This document shows, one piece after another, positions 44,871-53,982 of a DNA stretch of 64,000 nucleotides. This DNA comes from Patescibacteria group bacterium. GTDB taxonomy: Bacteria; Patescibacteriota; Microgenomatia; UBA8517. The stretch's first letter is position 1. Each line of letters opens with the position of its first letter. The stretch spans positions 1,953 through 65,952 of the forward strand of contig JBGQJK010000003.1 of the NCBI GenBank assembly GCA_041499035.1. The letters run 5' to 3'. The notes under the pieces were generated by a model. That model ran no database searches and had not been told where the DNA came from. It saw only the letters and a program-made list of their open reading frames with translations. The translations under genes and the position numbers were made by a program.

Positions 44871-45669
44871 CTAAAGCCATTATGCCACCAACTAGCGTTA
44901 TAGCAAGATACAGGTCTTCTGCAAAGCTTCCGGTACCAGCCATTGTTGAGGCTCCTAAAATCTGGCCGCCTGTTCCTGTTCCAGTTATAGCAGGTGTGCC
45001 TGGGTTATCCTGATGGGCTGATTCCGGTCCGCCGTATTGGAACTGTCTACAGACTGTTGAATCCGTATTAAGCTGGTACCAGCCGTCAGGAACTACTGTC
45101 TGTACTCCGTCAAGATTAGAACATTTGTCATTAGGATCGGGTGTAACCGTAGCTACCGGTGTAGCTGTAGGCGTAGCCGTGGGTGTGGCTGTTGCACAAT
45201 CTTCATCATCTTCGTTGGGACTGTCCAAGTCTCCGTCATTGTCACAATCTGTTGTAACTACCGGAGTCGCGGTAGGGGTTACTGTGGGAGTGGCTGTAGG
45301 GGTAGGATTAACATGTGAGCAGTTGGCGAAATTGGTGTTTGAATAATCTCCCTGGCCTGCATAATTTACCCCGTTAAAGCTAAAGGGTGTCCAAATATCC
45401 CCAGCGTGGTTGCCGTGGCCGTTAAGGCCGTTGGCGTCATTTACCGAGTGTACTGAAACGTCTACATTGCTGTAGTTTCCTGATTGTCCGTCTTTGTGGC
45501 AAACGGTTACTTTTACTGATTGAGGAGTGGCTGTAGGGGTTGGGGTCGGGCTATTATGGGGGTTACTCGCAGAAACAGTACTAAGAGAGTTTACAAGCAA
45601 TAAAGAGGATACGGCCAAAGTGGCCAAAATGGCTGCGAAAGAAGCTTTACCTGTGCTTAAATGCGTCAT
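44818..45669 (-). CDS. Secreted Pro/Thr-repeat protein with a C-terminal sorting signal; likely sortase substrate
   Basis: A signal peptide, TPTATPT repeats, and a C-terminal NPGTPAITGTGTGG...LYLAITLVGGIMALGGTISAVGI-KNFKKASR (motif, hydrophobic stretch, basic tail). Its 3' end overlaps the sortase ORF. Confidence 0.6.
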   Translation of the reverse strand: MTHLSTGKASFAAILATLAVSSLLLVNSLSTVSASNPHNSPTPTPTATPQSVKVTVCHKDGQSGNYSNVDVSVHSVNDANGLNGHGNHAGDIWTPFSFNGVNYAGQGDYSNTNFANCSHVNPTPTATPTVTPTATPVVTTDCDNDGDLDSPNEDDEDCATATPTATPTATPVATVTPDPNDKCSNLDGVQTVVPDGWYQLNTDSTVCRQFQYGGPESAHQDNPGTPAITGTGTGGQILGASTMAGTGSFAEDLYLAITLVGGIMALGGTISAVGIKNFKKASR

Positions 45670-45695
45670 ATAGTTTTACTAATAGGGGTATGCTA

Positions 45696-47363
45696 TCACA
45701 TACTATTACTCTTGTCAAGTGGTACTACAGGATTAAAATTAAACCCTAAAAACTTGATATAATTTACACTATTGAACATGTGTTTTATAGCCTCTCCCAC
45801 CGGCTTATAGAAGGCAGTCAGAACAATCGAGTACATTCCCACAGTATTCAATACTCCCCAAAATACCAACTGTCCGGCCAGATGATGGAAAAGATAAGCC
45901 ACAACCAGACCAATCCCGGTAATACTCCCTAAAACTATGTGGGGGTAGAAAAGGGATAACTGCACTTTATTTACCTGTGACGTGCCCTTTGGCGTGACCC
46001 TATAAATTAACTTCTTGCCTCTTAAAACTCCTATAAAGGCCAGGAGGTAAATCGGCCAGGCTGCCAGACTTAAAAACTTTCCGTTTAAAAGAAGTCCGGA
46101 CTCTTTATTCGGATCAATATTTACTCTCTGCAGCCAGATAGAAATCCCCAACTGGGTCAAAAGAAGTGGTAAGTATAGGTAAAAAAGAGGCATAAGTGCC
46201 ATCGAGGCGGACTGTATGCCGAACAGAAAGTATAGGGTTAGAAGCAGTACCCCAATTCCCTGGGCAATGCCGTCGAAGTAGTATTGCTGGAGAAAGTAGT
46301 AGTTAAAAGCGTGTATAGGCCTCATCCTCCTGAAGACTTTGGGGCTTTGGGTAAAAAGGATGTGTATTAAGCCGTAGGCCCAACGCATTTGCTGGCTAAA
46401 ATAAGAGTCCCATGTTGCGGGTCCCTCCCCGACTGCCAAAACCTCCGGAAGGTAAACGCTTCTCCATTTGTTGGCATAGAAATTCATGCCGGTCAAGTGG
46501 TCCTCAACAATGTGGCCTGAATAACCACCTATGTCATCATGAGCCGTAACTCTGACAACGTGGTTGGCACCGATAAAAAGAGGCATGTCTTTGGCAAACA
46601 AACCTCTCTGAATTATTCCGTAAAAACTGAACGCCTGCTCCGCCGCCGCTCTGGCTATCCAGGATTTGTCCTGATTTCCGTAAATTTGCGGGGTGCCTAC
46701 AAAGGCGATTTTGGGATCTCTAAAATACCCTAAAGTTTTTGTTAAGAAATCTCTTTTTGGTTCGAAGTCTACATCCAGCTGGGCAACAAAATCGTACATA
46801 CTCGAGTGTTCTGTATACCAAGCGTTGTAGTTTCCGCCCTTTGTTTTGGCCATGTAGGGCCCGCGGTCAAGGTTATATTCAGGACGGTTTTTTCTGGTAA
46901 AATATTTTACGCCGTATTTTCGGCATATTACCTTCGCCATGGCGTCGTCACCTTCGTCAAGCAGCCAGGTATCGTGAGGATAATCACACCTGATCATTGC
47001 ACCGAGCGTATTTTCCAACACCTCATAAGGTTCTTTTCCGGGTACGAATGCGGTCAGAAAAGCGACCCGCAAGTTAGCTTCGGGTTCGAGACGTTTGGGC
47101 TTGGCCATGTCTAAAGACAGGAACCAGCTAAACATTTCGTTTACAATTTGATGCCAGACTACATAGGTTAAAAGGATAAAGAGGATGATGTCTATAGCAT
47201 GCCAAACTCCGGGGAAATGATGGGGAATACTAGAAAGCTCGAACCAATAGGCACCAAACGCTCCTGTTAAAAAGGCTCCCGCGGTCAGAATTAAAGTCAA
47301 AACAACATTTTCCTTCCACGACAGGACCCTGTGTTTGGAGATGCCTAGGCCTGAATTTTTCAT
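45696..47363 (-). CDS. Processive GT2 glycosyltransferase, cellulose-synthase-like (membrane)
   Basis: D, DxD, and the QQMRWAYG (QxxRW) motif, with N- and C-terminal TM bundles. Confidence 0.8.
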   Translation of the reverse strand: MKNSGLGISKHRVLSWKENVVLTLILTAGAFLTGAFGAYWFELSSIPHHFPGVWHAIDIILFILLTYVVWHQIVNEMFSWFLSLDMAKPKRLEPEANLRVAFLTAFVPGKEPYEVLENTLGAMIRCDYPHDTWLLDEGDDAMAKVICRKYGVKYFTRKNRPEYNLDRGPYMAKTKGGNYNAWYTEHSSMYDFVAQLDVDFEPKRDFLTKTLGYFRDPKIAFVGTPQIYGNQDKSWIARAAAEQAFSFYGIIQRGLFAKDMPLFIGANHVVRVTAHDDIGGYSGHIVEDHLTGMNFYANKWRSVYLPEVLAVGEGPATWDSYFSQQMRWAYGLIHILFTQSPKVFRRMRPIHAFNYYFLQQYYFDGIAQGIGVLLLTLYFLFGIQSASMALMPLFYLYLPLLLTQLGISIWLQRVNIDPNKESGLLLNGKFLSLAAWPIYLLAFIGVLRGKKLIYRVTPKGTSQVNKVQLSLFYPHIVLGSITGIGLVVAYLFHHLAGQLVFWGVLNTVGMYSIVLTAFYKPVGEAIKHMFNSVNYIKFLGFNFNPVVPLDKSNSM

Positions 47364-47485
47364 AGACCGATAGTATATAGATTCAATCCTATAATGTCAA
47401 TTAAGGCTGTGTGGGTATTGTGTTGTTGCCAGCATTCTGCCGTGGGCTTGACATCCGTTTGAAATTTGCGATATGCTTGATGCAG

Positions 47486-48181
47486 ATGAATATTAGACGA
47501 AATCTTTTTAGAGTTTCTTCGGCTGGAGTTTTAGTTGTTTATCTTGGTATAGTTTTTACAACCGTAGTAATTGCGGCTCCTCCTTTCAACTTATTTGACC
47601 AGAGATCGAACACCAACGCCAGTAATGAGGGACGTCCGTCTCCCCGGCCAACGCGTTCGCCGCATCCAAGCTTTTCTCCCCGCCCAAGTAAAAGTCCTGG
47701 GTTTCAGGCTTGCCAGGCAAGAGAAGCCAGTATTAAAACTCGTGCCGGAAACCTCCTTCAACTTGTAACATTAATGGAGAGTAGGTTTGATGCAATCGCA
47801 ACAAGAGTTGAAGATTATTACACTTCAAAATTGGTTCCGGCCGGTACAATAGTTCCCAATTACTCTGCTCTTTTGGCCGATATTCAGACTAAAAAAGGAG
47901 CTGTTCAAACGGCGCTAACTAAAGCGCAAACCGATTTAACCAGTTTTAGCTGCACAAGCGGGGATCCTAAGGCAGCCTTGATGCTATTTAATACGGATAT
48001 GAAAGCGGTAAAATCCGCCCTACAGGATTTTAAAACATCAGTTCAAAACCTAATAGTTGCAGTTAGATCAGCAAAGGGGCAAGATAATAGTGCGAGTCCG
48101 AACGATTTGCACAGTCCGAAACCATTATTTTTTCAGGATAACGGCAGGGGTAACAATGGAAACGGAGGCGGAAATAAATGA
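47486..48181 (+). CDS. Secreted hypothetical protein
   Basis: An N-terminal TM (VLVVYLGIVFTTVVIAA), then a Pro/Ser-rich region; the start was trimmed. Confidence 0.45.
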   Translation: MNIRRNLFRVSSAGVLVVYLGIVFTTVVIAAPPFNLFDQRSNTNASNEGRPSPRPTRSPHPSFSPRPSKSPGFQACQAREASIKTRAGNLLQLVTLMESRFDAIATRVEDYYTSKLVPAGTIVPNYSALLADIQTKKGAVQTALTKAQTDLTSFSCTSGDPKAALMLFNTDMKAVKSALQDFKTSVQNLIVAVRSAKGQDNSASPNDLHSPKPLFFQDNGRGNNGNGGGNK

Positions 48182-48441
48182 GCAAGTTTAATAATAGTCA
48201 AAAAGGTAATATGCAGCTTCTTGTCCTAATAATTATTGTTTTTGCGGCATTGGTTGGGGTGTATCTGGTACAGCAAAGGACAAATTTTCTGCCCAAAGCC
48301 GGCTTTGATCAGAGTACGACTTACCAAAGTATCAATAGTTCCGGGGATCTCGATAAGGCGCTGAATGACGTTAATAGTGCTGATCTAAACCAGGTTGATC
48401 AGGGAATAAATCAAACCGGCTCCGACGCTTCAAGTTTGTAA
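48178..48441 (+). CDS. Small membrane protein
   Basis: An 87-aa ORF with an N-terminal TM. Confidence 0.4.
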   Translation: MSKFNNSQKGNMQLLVLIIIVFAALVGVYLVQQRTNFLPKAGFDQSTTYQSINSSGDLDKALNDVNSADLNQVDQGINQTGSDASSL

Positions 48442-48467
48442 CTCACCCTCCGCTCAGCAAGTCCGTC

Positions 48468-49730
48468 TTATCTGGAAATGAAGGTTTGGTACAATAGTTT
48501 TTGGAATTTGAAGAATAGGGTCTCGTTTTTGCTTCTTAAGGTTACTGTCAGGGCTACTCCGTTCGGGTTATTAATTATTCCAACTGCGTAGTAGCCTTCT
48601 GCCATTACATTAGCCTTAACGCTTGTTCCGTCAAAGGGCAGGTAGAATTGGCCGTTTGAATCCGTGGTTACCGTGCCGTCCGTGCTGACAATTGTCGCTC
48701 CCTTGATACTTTGGCCTGCCTCGTTCATTACCACCCCTTTTAGAACATGCGGAATAAAGAAATTCCTGAGTACGCCAACCGCCTGCCTCGGACTGCCGTC
48801 ATCGTTCCAGAGCTCTGTAGAGCCGCCAAAACCAGTCCAGTAATTTATACCTAAAAGATTGTGATTATTAGAAAGAAGGGTCAGGGACGTTTTTATCCAG
48901 GCCGCCTGCTGGGCTTCGGTTAGGTTACCCTGAAGATCGGGAATCGGAGCTCCGAATTCTCCTAAAATTACCTTGCCTCCCGAACTCCCTGCCAAGTCGT
49001 TTACGCCTTGATTTAATTCTTGAGGCGTTGGAACGTAATGATCTATTACAACCAGGCCCCCGAGTGCTTCGGTTGTGTCCGGGTCCATTACTAACCTGGC
49101 TACGTCCGCGTTCATCGGGAAATAGTTTGTGGCCACATTTCTGCCGGTTTGAGCAAAAGTGTTCCTGGAAAGTTGATATTCGTCGATCAAGAATTGCCGG
49201 TGCCCCGCAACGTCCCCATTCTGCCTAGGGTCCCCTGGGCCTCCGTTTTCACACTCGGTACAAGCCGTAAAAATGTCGCCGTCTGCAAATAAGTTGCCGT
49301 TATCCAATATAAATTGCTTAAGCATTGTTTCGTGCTGGGCTCTTGTAATTTTAGGATAACCGAACCAGCCCTCCCAGCCTGAAAAGTTTCCCCTGAACCA
49401 GACATTAAGGCCGTATTTTCGGGCTGCTATCACCCATCTTTTTAAAAACGGCACGAATTCGCTATCGTATGGAGTTCCTATTGCAATGTAATTTGCGCCA
49501 CTATCGGCAATTGAGCTTACCTGAGAGTCAATGGTCTTATCAAAACCCGGATCATCCGCATATTGTCTGGCCGGATCCCTACTAAACTTAACAGTGTCGA
49601 CTGATTGCACTTGCCAAAAATGAGCCTGGCCGTTTTGGCTGGCGGCATTTTTGTGCCACAAAAGAAGTAGCCCTAAAATTGCCAAGAGAGCTAATATAAT
49701 TCCCATAAATCCGGACTTATTCTTACCCAT
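48468..49730 (-). CDS. Secreted glycoside hydrolase, TIM-barrel (GH5/GH113-like mannanase/cellulase type) with a C-terminal CarbReg-like beta-sandwich
   Basis: A signal peptide, a NVWFRGNFSGWEGWFGYP sandwich-like pattern, VILGEFGAPI (a catalytic nucleophile-like Glu), and a C-terminal KGATIVSTDGTVTTDSNGQFYL. Confidence 0.6.
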   Translation of the reverse strand: MGKNKSGFMGIILALLAILGLLLLWHKNAASQNGQAHFWQVQSVDTVKFSRDPARQYADDPGFDKTIDSQVSSIADSGANYIAIGTPYDSEFVPFLKRWVIAARKYGLNVWFRGNFSGWEGWFGYPKITRAQHETMLKQFILDNGNLFADGDIFTACTECENGGPGDPRQNGDVAGHRQFLIDEYQLSRNTFAQTGRNVATNYFPMNADVARLVMDPDTTEALGGLVVIDHYVPTPQELNQGVNDLAGSSGGKVILGEFGAPIPDLQGNLTEAQQAAWIKTSLTLLSNNHNLLGINYWTGFGGSTELWNDDGSPRQAVGVLRNFFIPHVLKGVVMNEAGQSIKGATIVSTDGTVTTDSNGQFYLPFDGTSVKANVMAEGYYAVGIINNPNGVALTVTLRSKNETLFFKFQKLLYQTFISR

Positions 49731-49826
49731 CCCACTATTTTACATTAAATTCCATCTTGAGGCTAATTCCTTGTTTGAATTTTCACGAATCCGTGTTATT
49801 ATGGGCCAGACTTTTTTGATCTACCC

Positions 49827-52532
49827 ATGACAATAGTAAAACGATTTGCTTCAGTTTTAATAGCCACCCTTGTGCTTCTTGTTTTATGCCCCATAATGTC
49901 GCCGGCCAAAGCTATTGCAAACTGCCCCGGAGGCACGACGCTAGGTTTTGTGGCACATGAGGACGACGACATCCTTTTTTTAAGTCCGGACATACTCCAC
50001 GACATTCAAAACGGCAGGTGTGTTGTAACAGTTTTTGTGACAACTGGGGACGATAACCAGGGAACCACCTATTGGCAACAGAGAGAAGCGGGAGCAAAGG
50101 CAGCTTATGCCCAGATGAATGGGGTGGCCAGCGCCTGGACTCAGTTTGATGCCGGAATTCCGGGGCATCCTGCCCCCCTCACAACCTTAGTAGGAAAGCC
50201 GGCAATTTCTTTAATATTTATGAGGCTCCCTGACGGTAATGGGGACGGTTCCGGTTTTTCTAATGATAACTTTGAAAGCCTCCAAAAAATTTGGCAAGGA
50301 GCGATATCCTCTGTTCATGCAGTTGACGGAACTTCAACCTACTCTAAACAAGACATAACAAATACATTTGCCTATCTTATGAGTACTTACTCTCCAGACC
50401 AAATTCGTACACAAGACTATGTTCACGCTTATGGGGACGGTGATCATAGTGACCATCATACGGTTGGATATTTTGCCAACTTGGCAAATCAAAGCTACGG
50501 CCTGGGGCACACTTTTACAGGTTATCTTGATTACCAAACTTCTTCTCTCTCCGTAAACGTGGCCGGGGCCGACTTCTCTAATAAACAAAATGCGTTTTTT
50601 GCTTATGCTCCACATGATCCTTCAGTTTGTCAGACGCCATCTGCGTGTCAACAAAATGATTACGGGAAGTGGCTTGCGCGCCAATATGTTGCAGGAAGTA
50701 TAACAATAAGCGGGTCAACCCCAAATAATGTTGGGTTACAGGCAACGGTCACAGCTTCATCCGAAACGCCGGCTACGCTCCAGTATGCAACAAAAGCGGT
50801 TGACGGAGTTATCGACGGTTACCCCGGAGATTATACAAAGGAATGGGCCACCAATGGAGAGAAAGTTGGAGCCTGGTTAAATTTAACCTGGCCGGTTTCA
50901 CAAACTATAAATCAAATAGTTCTTTACGACAGACCCAACAGTGATGACCAAATTACAGGCGCAAATTTAATATTTAGTGACGGGTCTGTAATTTCTGCGG
51001 GAGGTTTGAATAATAACGGTTCTCCTGTAACTATAAACTTTGCGCCTAAAACTATTACAAGCGTACGCCTTAATATTACAAGTGTTAGCTCAACTACCAT
51101 TAACGTAGGACTTTCCGAAATTCAGGTTTTTCAACAAGGGTCTGGTGGTACATCAACCCCTACTCCGACTCCAACTCCAACAGTTACACCTACGGTAACT
51201 CCTACCCCTACGGCTACCGCCACACCCGGTTCCAATTCTTTTACTGGTCAGTATTTTTCCAATCAAAATTTAACCGGCAGCCCAACCCTTACCAGAAATG
51301 ATCTATCTGTAAACTTTGATTGGGGATCAAACGCTCCTGACCCTTCGCTCCCAAAGGATAATTTTTCAGTTCGCTGGACTGACAATCAAACTTTTCCGGC
51401 CGGAACTTACAATTTTTCCGTAACAGCAGATGACGGTGTCAGGCTTTTCCTTGATGGAAACGCGATCATCAATAAATGGATTGATCAGCCGGCGACAATT
51501 TATACAACAAATGTATCATTAACTTCAGGACAACACTCAATTGTTATGGAATATTACGACAACACACAGAACGCCGTTGCTAAACTCTCATGGTCATCGG
51601 TTAATGCCACACCAACACCCACTGCTTCACCAACCCCTACCCCGTCAGGTACGCCAGATGCCAATTCCTACACAGGTCAATATTTTTCTAATCAAAATCT
51701 TACAGGTTCCCCCACTCTTACAAGAAACGATTCAACGATAAATTTTAATTGGGGACTTGGCGCGCCAGACCCGTCTCTTCCAAATGATCATTTTTCTGTG
51801 CGTTGGACTAAGAGCCAAGCTTTTTCTGCGGGGCCTTATACATTTTCTGTGACGGCGGATGATGGGGTAAGGCTTAAAATTGACGGGAATACGGTAATTG
51901 ATAAATGGATCGACCAAGGATCAACAACATATACAACAAATCTTAACCTAACTGCTGGAACTCACACAATTGTTATGGAATTTTATGACAATACCGAGGA
52001 CGCAATTGCCAAATTTTCATGGCTTGCGGTTGGTTCTACACCAACTCCGACGCCAACGGGAACTCCCACTGCTTCACCAACCCCTACCCCGACACCGGGT
52101 CCTTCCCAAAATGGTCTCCAAGGACAATACTTTAATTCGACGGACTTGAGCGGGACCGCGGTTTTAACAAGAACTGATCCAAACGTAAATTTTGACTGGG
52201 GTATGGGTTCCCCCGGCCCGGGAGTAAATAGCGACAAATTCTCTGTTCGCTGGACAGGTTTTATAACACCCTCCTTTACGGAAAATTATACTTTTTGCTC
52301 CACGAGCGACGATGGAGAAAGAGTGTGGGTCAACAACCAGCAGGTTCTTAACTTCTGGGTAGATCAGGGGGCGACAGAACACTGCGGAAACATTAATCTT
52401 GCCGCAGGAGTTAAAGTTCCGATAAAGGTTGAGTTCTATGATAATACTGAAGAAGCGATAATGCAGTTGTCATGGCAGTCGGCCACACAGCCTAAACAAG
52501 TTATTCCGTCAGCCAGCCTATCTGTACAGTAA
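49827..52532 (+). CDS. Secreted multidomain protein: PIG-L/LmbE-family deacetylase, a discoidin-like domain, then three PA14 domains separated by Thr/Pro linkers
   Basis: GFVAHEDDDILFLSPD (PIG-L motif), then three repeats of YTGQYFSNQNLTGSPTLTRND...FSVRWT...DDGVRL..., which are PA14-like, separated by TPTPTPT linkers. Confidence 0.75.
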   Translation: MTIVKRFASVLIATLVLLVLCPIMSPAKAIANCPGGTTLGFVAHEDDDILFLSPDILHDIQNGRCVVTVFVTTGDDNQGTTYWQQREAGAKAAYAQMNGVASAWTQFDAGIPGHPAPLTTLVGKPAISLIFMRLPDGNGDGSGFSNDNFESLQKIWQGAISSVHAVDGTSTYSKQDITNTFAYLMSTYSPDQIRTQDYVHAYGDGDHSDHHTVGYFANLANQSYGLGHTFTGYLDYQTSSLSVNVAGADFSNKQNAFFAYAPHDPSVCQTPSACQQNDYGKWLARQYVAGSITISGSTPNNVGLQATVTASSETPATLQYATKAVDGVIDGYPGDYTKEWATNGEKVGAWLNLTWPVSQTINQIVLYDRPNSDDQITGANLIFSDGSVISAGGLNNNGSPVTINFAPKTITSVRLNITSVSSTTINVGLSEIQVFQQGSGGTSTPTPTPTPTVTPTVTPTPTATATPGSNSFTGQYFSNQNLTGSPTLTRNDLSVNFDWGSNAPDPSLPKDNFSVRWTDNQTFPAGTYNFSVTADDGVRLFLDGNAIINKWIDQPATIYTTNVSLTSGQHSIVMEYYDNTQNAVAKLSWSSVNATPTPTASPTPTPSGTPDANSYTGQYFSNQNLTGSPTLTRNDSTINFNWGLGAPDPSLPNDHFSVRWTKSQAFSAGPYTFSVTADDGVRLKIDGNTVIDKWIDQGSTTYTTNLNLTAGTHTIVMEFYDNTEDAIAKFSWLAVGSTPTPTPTGTPTASPTPTPTPGPSQNGLQGQYFNSTDLSGTAVLTRTDPNVNFDWGMGSPGPGVNSDKFSVRWTGFITPSFTENYTFCSTSDDGERVWVNNQQVLNFWVDQGATEHCGNINLAAGVKVPIKVEFYDNTEEAIMQLSWQSATQPKQVIPSASLSVQ

Positions 52533-52536
52533 TTTA

Positions 52537-53982
52537 TTACTTCGACAGGACAAATTTTTCAATTTGTATATTATAAAAGTTAGTACTTTTCGTAAAAATG
52601 TATTTAGCTCTTAAAGCCTGCTCGATATTTTCATGCTTTAGATGATTGGGTCCAACATCAACTAGGCCACTCAAAACCAACCATACATTCGGACAGGATA
52701 ACGTTTCAGTCTTTTTCAAATCGGGATCGGGTACATTTTCTCCAATCCCATTGCTAAGTGTATAGGTTGTACCGGATATGTTTACAGGTTTTGGAAATGC
52801 GGAGGTATTATAAAATTTAAATTTGTCCAGACCGAAGTACGTAAAAAAGATGGCACAGTCACCTTCCTTTGAATTAGTCGTTAAATAATTTGTTGTACTT
52901 GTCCAGTCGGGGTTGTTATTGCTAATTGTCATAGCGGGAAGATCAATTTTTGCATACCACAAGTACACCCTAGCAATACTAAAAAGGATAGAAAGCGAAA
53001 AGGTCGCAATGAACAACCATTTTGGACGGATCCTATAAATACACACGCTAACAACCGTAGTTAGATATGGCAAAAGCATAATAAAATACCTTGATTGATA
53101 TATAGATTTTATGAAAATTGAAAATAAAAAGATCAATGCAATCGGAAGTCCAAGAAGCATAAGTGTAAAAAGGTTTTTCCATTGAGTAATGCGCTTCCAT
53201 GGAAAAAAGACTAAAACGATCAAAAAATAAATCATAGCTAAGGGTGCAAAATCTCCTGAAAGGATGTAAAACGTTTCCACAAGGCTAATAATCGATGGTT
53301 TTGCTATCCAATTCACTTGGCTGCTATGAAATGACGGAGAAATAAACATCGGGATTATTGTCAAGCATGTCAAAAACATCCACATAACAATAGTTTTAAA
53401 ATATTTCTTCAATGGTAAGAAAAACAAGGATGCAAACTGAGCAGCGATAATCAAAAATGAGAAAATATGAGTATATATAGCTAGTGCACTAACTAGAAAA
53501 TATAAAAACTGCAACAGATAATTCTTATTATTTTCATTGAATACCAAGAGTATAAATAAATATGTGGAGATCGTGCATAGTAATAAACTTAAAGAGTAAC
53601 CCCTGGCATCTTGGGCATATAAGACGAAAAAGACATTCAGTAGAGTTAAAACCGAAGTAAGCATAGCGATCTTTTTGTCGAATAAACGATCTACTACTTT
53701 GTAAATAAAAGGGATAGCCGCCACCGCAAATACAGCGGACGGAAAACGGACAATAAATTCACCTTTACCAAAAGGAAGCCAAAAATGAAGCATAAAATAG
53801 TAAAACCACATATTGAATTCGTTGAACCATAACTTGCTTGCAAGTGATATAGAAGGTGATAGTTGGAGACTAAAAATCTCGTCAGTTGAAAAACTTTTAG
53901 AGCCCAGCATAAACAGACTTGTAAAGGCGGCTAATAAAACCAGCAGAATGAGAGCTCTATTCTGTTTGATAAATTCCCTCAT
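52537..53982 (-). CDS. GT-C-fold membrane glycosyltransferase (ArnT/PMT-like)
   Basis: 481 aa, more than 10 TM segments, with a DE-containing first loop. Confidence 0.6.
   Translation of the reverse strand: MREFIKQNRALILLVLLAAFTSLFMLGSKSFSTDEIFSLQLSPSISLASKLWFNEFNMWFYYFMLHFWLPFGKGEFIVRFPSAVFAVAAIPFIYKVVDRLFDKKIAMLTSVLTLLNVFFVLYAQDARGYSLSLLLCTISTYLFILLVFNENNKNYLLQFLYFLVSALAIYTHIFSFLIIAAQFASLFFLPLKKYFKTIVMWMFLTCLTIIPMFISPSFHSSQVNWIAKPSIISLVETFYILSGDFAPLAMIYFLIVLVFFPWKRITQWKNLFTLMLLGLPIALIFLFSIFIKSIYQSRYFIMLLPYLTTVVSVCIYRIRPKWLFIATFSLSILFSIARVYLWYAKIDLPAMTISNNNPDWTSTTNYLTTNSKEGDCAIFFTYFGLDKFKFYNTSAFPKPVNISGTTYTLSNGIGENVPDPDLKKTETLSCPNVWLVLSGLVDVGPNHLKHENIEQALRAKYIFTKSTNFYNIQIEKFVLSK

Noticed and set aside
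45125-45346. Nucleotide-level tandem repeats (ccgtagctaccggtgtagctgtaggcgtagccgtgggtgtggct...) that could look CRISPR-like or like a minisatellite; similar ones occur at 37490-37560 and 51160-51230.
   Set aside because: They are in-frame coding repeats for Pro/Thr linkers (TPTATPT...) inside secreted proteins. They have no repeat-spacer periodicity, and the antisense 73-aa ORF at 45125..45346 is an artefact.
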